The position numbers and the translations under genes are program-made. Under the pieces are notes generated by a model. That model ran no database searches. It was not told the DNA's origin and was given only the letters and a program-made list of their open reading frames with translations. Below, in pieces: positions 36,910 through 41,232 of a stretch of DNA of 41,232 bases. The DNA comes from an uncultured Candidatus Poseidoniales archaeon (GTDB lineage: Archaea > Thermoplasmatota > Poseidoniia > Poseidoniales > Poseidoniaceae): positions 1 to 41,232 of the forward strand of contig CAZEXE010000004.1 in the NCBI GenBank assembly GCA_964516645.1, written 5' to 3'. Position 1 is the first letter of the stretch. Each line of letters opens with the position of its first letter.

Positions 36910-39195
36910 ATGAGCGATCCCTTCGACATCTCGAAGGCCCTAGAAGGGGCGGTTAAAGACCGGCTTTCACCGGAAGTTTCGCGCTTCATAATTCACTCCG
37001 AACACGGAACGGCAGGTGACCAAGAAAAAGCAATTGAAAATTTAATTTCGCAATTGGAAAATAATCAAGAAAGGTGTGTCCTTTTGGGCGTTACGGGTTC
37101 TGGGAAAACATTCGCTATGGCGCACCTAATTGAGAGACTGAATATACCTACATTAATCATCAGCCATAACAAAACTTTAGCTCGTCAACTTTACCAAGAA
37201 ATGGCAGGATTATTTCCAGAGAACGGAGTTGAATATTTCGTATCTCACTATGATTACTATCAACCTGAAGCATACCTGCCAAAAAGGGATTTGTACATCG
37301 ACAAGGAATTGTCAATCAATGAAAGAATCGAACAAGAAAGATTCGCTACTGTTGCAAGCCTAGTCAGTAGACCCGATTGTGTTGTAGTATCATCTGTCTC
37401 ATGTATTTACGGCCTTAACGCGCCTGAAACATTCCTCTCCTATCATTGTCGCATACATGTTGGTCAAGAAATAGAGCCTATCGACTTGGTTCGTGAATTG
37501 GTTTCCCTTCAATACGGAAGGACTTCGACTGATTTGGAGCGAGGGCAAGTTAGGCTTCGAGGAGAAAACCTCGATGTTTGGATGCCGAGTCGAGATGATC
37601 CGCTCAGAATACGATTCGGTTTTGAGGGAGTAGAGCATATCCAAATTTGTGACCCAGTTACCTGGGAAGTTCTCGATGAATTGAATGAAGCTTGGATTCA
37701 TCCAAAGGAATTCTTCATGGTATCACCAGAGCGATTTGAAAAAGCGCTCGAAAATATCGAGACTGAACTTGATGGAAGGGTTGCTGAACTGAAAAGCGAA
37801 GACAAGGAAATCGAGGCGCACCGCCTCGAACAAAAAACAAGATATGATTTAGAAATGCTGAGAGAAATTGGTCACTGTACTGCCGTCGAAAATTATTCGA
37901 TGCACTTGGATGGCAGAGATTATGGCGAGCGCCCATATTGTCTTCTCGACTTCTTTGCAGCAGCCGCAAAGCAATTCCATGGAGACCCCAAGAAGTTCCT
38001 CGTAATCATGGATGAGTCGCATGTTACACTACCACAAGTCGGAGGTATGTTTGGTGGAGATCGCAGTAGAAAACTGAATTTGATTGAACACGGATTTAGA
38101 TTACCCTCCGCTGCCGATAATCGCCCACTGAAACTGAAAGAGTTCCAGAGTTTGGTTCCCCAAATGGTGTATGTTAGCGCTACACCGGGTGAAAGGGAAT
38201 TACTACACCTCTGTGAAGTGACTGAACAGGAGGTACCTATCGGGCTCAGACATGTTTCTGGAGGAGGGGGGGTGGACGAGCCTGAGTACTCGAAGAAACA
38301 CCCCGATTCAGAAAGTATGTATGACATGCTACAAATGATTGAAGAAATTCCAAGAATGGAAATTCGCCCTACGGGTCTACTTGATCCAGAAATTGAAGTT
38401 AGAGGGACTGAAGGCCAAGTAGCTGACTTGCTCTCTGAGATAAATGCTCGAATCGCAAAAGGCGAGAGAACACTTGTCACCGTTCTAACGATTAAATTCG
38501 CAGAAGAAGTTGCTCAATATCTCAACAAAATGGGCATTAAGGCTCATCACTTGCATTCTGAAATCGATACCCTCGAGAGAACAGAGATCATCAATGCGCT
38601 ACGTATTGGTCACATCGATGCCATCGTTGGAATCAATCTACTGAGAGAGGGATTAGATATTCCCGAGGTTAGCTTGGTTTCAATTTTTGATGCTGACCGC
38701 CAGGGCTTCCTGCGTAATGAAAGAAGTTTGTTACAGACAATTGGAAGAGCCGCTAGAAATTCGAATGGTAAGGTTATCCTTTATGCAGATTCAATGAGCC
38801 CTGCAATGGCGGCTTCTATTAGGCAAACCTTAGAGAGACGTGAGAGACAAATCATTCACAACGAAAAATTTGGAATCACACCTGTTACAATTCAAAAAGC
38901 ACTTCCACAAATGGGTAGCGATGTTGACGACCTAATTGCAGGTACTGCTGGAGGCAAAAGATTGGTCGCATCCAAAGGAGGCCGGAAAGATGGAGATTGG
39001 GCTAGCAACTTGAAAATCGGAGCAGGTCAATGGGCACACTCAAATTCGGTTACTAGCAACATTTCACAACCAATTGGAGAATTAAATTATTCAATTGAAG
39101 AATTAAAGGAGATGATGCAACAAGCAGCACTCGAATTAGACTTCGAAAGAGCAGCCATGCTAAGGGATAAAATCCACGAAATGGAATCCCCATGA
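36910..39195 (+). CDS. uvrB: Excinuclease ABC subunit B
   Basis: GVTGSGKT, HNKTLARQL, YDYYQPEAY, DESH, SATPG, RPTGLLDP, GINLLREGLDIPEV, C-terminal UVR domain (LDFERAAMLRD). Confidence 0.96.
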   Translation: MSDPFDISKALEGAVKDRLSPEVSRFIIHSEHGTAGDQEKAIENLISQLENNQERCVLLGVTGSGKTFAMAHLIERLNIPTLIISHNKTLARQLYQEMAGLFPENGVEYFVSHYDYYQPEAYLPKRDLYIDKELSINERIEQERFATVASLVSRPDCVVVSSVSCIYGLNAPETFLSYHCRIHVGQEIEPIDLVRELVSLQYGRTSTDLERGQVRLRGENLDVWMPSRDDPLRIRFGFEGVEHIQICDPVTWEVLDELNEAWIHPKEFFMVSPERFEKALENIETELDGRVAELKSEDKEIEAHRLEQKTRYDLEMLREIGHCTAVENYSMHLDGRDYGERPYCLLDFFAAAAKQFHGDPKKFLVIMDESHVTLPQVGGMFGGDRSRKLNLIEHGFRLPSAADNRPLKLKEFQSLVPQMVYVSATPGERELLHLCEVTEQEVPIGLRHVSGGGGVDEPEYSKKHPDSESMYDMLQMIEEIPRMEIRPTGLLDPEIEVRGTEGQVADLLSEINARIAKGERTLVTVLTIKFAEEVAQYLNKMGIKAHHLHSEIDTLERTEIINALRIGHIDAIVGINLLREGLDIPEVSLVSIFDADRQGFLRNERSLLQTIGRAARNSNGKVILYADSMSPAMAASIRQTLERRERQIIHNEKFGITPVTIQKALPQMGSDVDDLIAGTAGGKRLVASKGGRKDGDWASNLKIGAGQWAHSNSVTSNISQPIGELNYSIEELKEMMQQAALELDFERAAMLRDKIHEMESP

Positions 39196-39207
39196 CATAG
39201 TCATGGG
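39189..39207. repeat. Perfect inverted repeat CCCATGAC-ATA-GTCATGGG over the uvrB stop, upstream of dys
   Basis: 8-bp arms, 3-nt spacer. Confidence 0.6.
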
Positions 39208-39238
39208 TTTCATATGCGAAAGCCTCACGCCTTGATTC

Positions 39239-40246
39239 ATGGCCATCGACCCTGAGTCTTTTGACGAGCCGGTCAAAGACTATGATTTTGCATTGCTAAG
39301 CGATGCTACTTCGCTTATCGATCAAATGGCTACTGCGGGTGGCTTCACTGCAACCAAACTTGCATACGCAAGAGATATTCTCAAAGACATGATAGCAGAA
39401 ATTGAGGGTGCACAAGCAGACCCTGCTAAAGTCACAAATTGGCTTTCCTTCCCTGCCTGTCTATGTGCAACGGGAACTCGTGGATTCTTTGTTGAAGCAA
39501 TTAAGAGAAAAATGTTCAATGTGGTCTCGACAACTTGTGGAATGTTAGACCATGATATTGCAAGAGCATACAAGCACTACTACCACGGATCATTCGAATT
39601 GGATGATGTCGAATTGGGCCAGCATGAATTGATGCGCTTAGGAAATGTAATTGTTCCAAATGCAAGTTATGGTGAAATAATTGAATCCGTGGTTCTTCCA
39701 GTGCTCGAAGATATTCGTACTGATAGAATTGCTGAGACTGGAAAACAAGGAGCAGATGCATGGGTAGGTTTCGGCTCAATTCATCTGGTATGGGAATTAG
39801 GAAAGCGTATCGGCACCCCTGATTCGTTAATTTATTGGGCTTACAAGAACAAAATTCCTGTGTGTATTCCTGGAATTACCGATGGCAGCATTGGGGCTCA
39901 GTTATTCATGTTCAGACAGAAATATCGAGATTTTCACATCGACACTTTAGCAGATGAGCAAGTGATGAGCGATTTGACTTGGGATGTAGAGAAATCGAAC
40001 GCATTGATGATTGGCGGAGGTATCTCAAAACACCATGTTATATGGTGGAATCAATACCGAGGTGGCTTAGATTCTGCGATTTACATTACTACCGCACCTG
40101 AACACGATGGCAGCCTATCAGGTGCTCGTCTAAGGGAGGCAATTAGTTGGGGTAAGATGAGGCCTGAAGCACCAAATGTTTGCGTTGAAGGCGATGCCTC
40201 TGTACTATTGCCTCTACTAGGTGCTGATTTGTTTAATGGTGAGTAA
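39239..40246 (+). CDS. dys: Deoxyhypusine synthase
   Basis: GGF.A..L, R.GNV.VPN, PGITDGSIG, GGGISKHH, DGSLSGA...EAISWGK (active-site Lys). Confidence 0.93.
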   Translation: MAIDPESFDEPVKDYDFALLSDATSLIDQMATAGGFTATKLAYARDILKDMIAEIEGAQADPAKVTNWLSFPACLCATGTRGFFVEAIKRKMFNVVSTTCGMLDHDIARAYKHYYHGSFELDDVELGQHELMRLGNVIVPNASYGEIIESVVLPVLEDIRTDRIAETGKQGADAWVGFGSIHLVWELGKRIGTPDSLIYWAYKNKIPVCIPGITDGSIGAQLFMFRQKYRDFHIDTLADEQVMSDLTWDVEKSNALMIGGGISKHHVIWWNQYRGGLDSAIYITTAPEHDGSLSGARLREAISWGKMRPEAPNVCVEGDASVLLPLLGADLFNGE

Positions 40247-41232
40247 ATGAGGCCCTTTTTCCTAGCTATTTTGATGGTAAGTGCTTCACTTGCTGGATGC
40301 TTTGGTGAAGAAGAGGAACAACCTGTGGTCGAGGCTCCAACCGTTTGGGATTTCGAGAGGCCTGAACTTACTTGGTATCATTTTGCTGATGCAGTAGATG
40401 CATGGGGTAATGAAGAGTTTGAATTCAATGGGCGAAATATGCCATTTGAGGCAACTGGAACCTATTATGGAATAGGAATGTCGACCTTTGAGCCAACTAT
40501 GGGAATCACTCAAACCGATACGATGGTAATGACATCATGGGGTAATGGCCCTGCAGGTTCCACTGCGATTGTTTCATGCGATTTGATTGGAATGCATGAT
40601 GCTCTTTCCTACACCTGTGAGAATGTGTATGACCCATTGCTTCCAATTCCAAATTCAAATGATCCATATGTGTACGTAGACCCATGGACGGGTCGCATAA
40701 TGAAATTCGACATGCATGCTCTACTCGGAATGACCGTCGAATGGTCTGATAATGATGGAGCCAGTTGGACAGGTCCAAGTGTTGCTACCCAAATCTACTC
40801 TGTACAAGACCACCAAACCATTGCTAGCACAAATATGCAAGCTCTGGCACATCCAACAACCTGGATGTTTTGTATCAATGGCAATGCGCCTCATCCATTG
40901 TGCTCTTCCAGCCAAGATGGCGGGCTCACCTGGGGTCCAGAAACCTCTGGCGCACCTGTAACCTGTGGTTCTGGAGGACTAACTGCTCATCTTGTTGGCA
41001 GTGTTGATGGTAACTTCTACCGAGGTAATACCGGCTGTTCAGGCGAAGGCTACTCGGTTTTCAGAACTACAAATGCTGGTCTAACTTGGACTGAGCATGA
41101 ATTGCCGACTTCTGAATCCGGCACTGCTGATACTTGGAATGCCGAAGAAGCCCAAGTTGAAACAGATAGCGAAGGCAACATCCACGCTATGTGGATGGGA
41201 TTAGACAACATGCCTTACTGGTCTTACTCAAG
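40247..41232 (+). CDS. Lipoprotein with BNR/Asp-box repeats (sialidase-like beta-propeller), truncated at the window end
   Basis: Not in the ORF track. Manual translation gives MRPFFLAILMVSASLAGC (lipobox) and Asp-boxes SDNDGASW, SQDGGLTW, TTNAGLTW; I found no stop before the window edge. Confidence 0.85.
   Translation, partial: MRPFFLAILMVSASLAGCFGEEEEQPVVEAPTVWDFERPELTWYHFADAVDAWGNEEFEFNGRNMPFEATGTYYGIGMSTFEPTMGITQTDTMVMTSWGNGPAGSTAIVSCDLIGMHDALSYTCENVYDPLLPIPNSNDPYVYVDPWTGRIMKFDMHALLGMTVEWSDNDGASWTGPSVATQIYSVQDHQTIASTNMQALAHPTTWMFCINGNAPHPLCSSSQDGGLTWGPETSGAPVTCGSGGLTAHLVGSVDGNFYRGNTGCSGEGYSVFRTTNAGLTWTEHELPTSESGTADTWNAEEAQVETDSEGNIHAMWMGLDNMPYWSYS

Noticed and set aside
38367-38376. GCCCTACGGG copy of the palindrome core inside uvrB
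   Set aside because: It encodes the conserved RPTG motif and the arms do not extend
179-40961. Many short antisense or overlapping ORFs in the track (e.g. 1538-2083, 8975-9460, 33975-34529, 37920-38480, 40286-40961)
   Set aside because: They are shadows of well-supported genes on the other strand or frame and have no recognisable motifs
1-41232. CRISPR arrays, tRNA/rRNA, transposases, integrases, inteins, defence systems
   Set aside because: Intergenic gaps are all under about 85 nt, with no spaced repeats and no matching protein motifs seen by eye

Overview
Gene-dense archaeal chromosomal segment with about 40 CDS. I found no rRNA, tRNA, CRISPR array or mobile element. The gene mix combines archaeal hallmarks (deoxyhypusine synthase, Bud32, DUF63, geranylgeranyl reductase, FlaI/TadA-type pilus ATPase, long-type FKBP) with bacterial-like heterotrophic catabolism (liuBCD-type leucine degradation, crotonases) and a LAGC-lipobox Asp-box protein. 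This points to a Thermoplasmatota archaeon, most likely Marine Group II (Ca. Poseidoniales); the taxonomy is inference. Main modules: PaaG-like isomerase plus aldehyde dehydrogenase; a type IV pilus-like operon (ATPase, two TadB/TadC-FlaJ platform proteins, two class III signal-peptide proteins); ABC exporter; rdgB, crcB, nadA, bud32; PAP2/beta-propeller fusion; Mrp/ApbC plus DUF971; arsC; methylcrotonyl-CoA carboxylase operon; DUF63, FKBP, ccmF, GGR; ubiD/ubiA (MqnL/MqnP-like), MazG-like, SDR, uvrB, dys; and a truncated BNR lipoprotein missing from the ORF track. Most notable observations: (1) a cysteine-free Mrp/ApbC whose CxxC loop is replaced by a 37-aa insert, next to a Cys-rich DUF971 gene; (2) recurring GC-rich palindromes with 3-nt spacers at gene boundaries; (3) an identical 17-bp palindrome-containing sequence at nadA and upstream of dys; (4) a probable ATA start codon in the pilus operon.
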